60,170 nt of DNA from an uncultured Methylococcales bacterium (GTDB lineage Bacteria; Pseudomonadota; Gammaproteobacteria; Methylococcales; Methylomonadaceae): NCBI GenBank assembly GCA_913009265.1, contig CAJVYL010000001.1:1-60170 (forward strand), in the 5' to 3' direction. Below are positions 60,144 through 60,170 of this stretch, piece by piece; the stretch's first letter is position 1; every line of letters starts with the position of its first letter. The notes under the pieces were generated by a model. The model worked only from the letters and a program-made list of their open reading frames with translations, made no database searches and was not told where the DNA came from. Both the position numbers and the translations under genes were made by a program.

Positions 60144-60170
60144 GCTAAATCCCTGTAGTGATCATAAAAT

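Noticed and set aside
1-60170. Looked for CRISPR arrays, tRNA/rRNA genes, intact IS elements, integrases other than xerD, toxin-antitoxin pairs and known defence-system genes
   Set aside because: By eye I saw no regularly spaced direct repeats, no cloverleaf-like or rRNA-like segments, and no complete transposase or phage genes. xerD is the chromosomal dimer-resolution recombinase in normal context. Small RNA genes could be missed without covariance-model searches.

Overview
This is 60.2 kb of an AT-rich gammaproteobacterial chromosome (roughly 35-40% GC by eye). It is densely coding, with about 50 credible CDS. By eye I saw no rRNA, tRNA, CRISPR array or intact mobile element.

Positions 1-28 kb are mostly conserved housekeeping synteny:
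- nadB diverges from rpoE-rseA-rseB-mucD-lepA-lepB-DUF4845-rnc-era-recO-pdxJ.
- These are followed by xerD-ogt, hppA, sspAB, holA-lptE-leuS and ybeL.
- A few less ordinary genes are inserted: a sigma-54 activator with no regulatory domain, a PP2C phosphatase, an LpxA paralogue with a HAD hydrolase, and a two-gene chemoreceptor.

Positions 28-49 kb are rich in signalling and envelope genes:
- An orphan ParA and a hemerythrin-GGDEF cyclase. The cyclase appears to have been inserted beside parA, because a decayed duplicate of the parA 3' end lies on its far side.
- lnt translationally coupled to an HD-GYP phosphodiesterase, plus a tandem-PilZ protein.
- A sigma-54-dependent PspA-family operon whose partners are a 12-TM protein and a secreted PLA2-like protein.
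- A cluster of a solute-binding-domain histidine kinase, a response regulator, an HDOD protein and an REC-PAS-GGDEF-EAL protein.

The right end (54-60 kb) is a tightly packed operon. A single-polypeptide pyruvate:ferredoxin oxidoreductase is flanked by the two halves of a dihydropyrimidine-dehydrogenase-like electron-transfer module, and the FMN subunit lacks the catalytic Cys.

The noncoding oddities are two copies of a 24-bp-stem GC-rich hairpin element carrying a compensatory base-pair change, a compound REP/MITE-like palindrome next to a possible transposase relic, and a GC-rich structured segment upstream of the cyclase gene.

All family assignments come from motif recognition by eye and memory. 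No searches were run.
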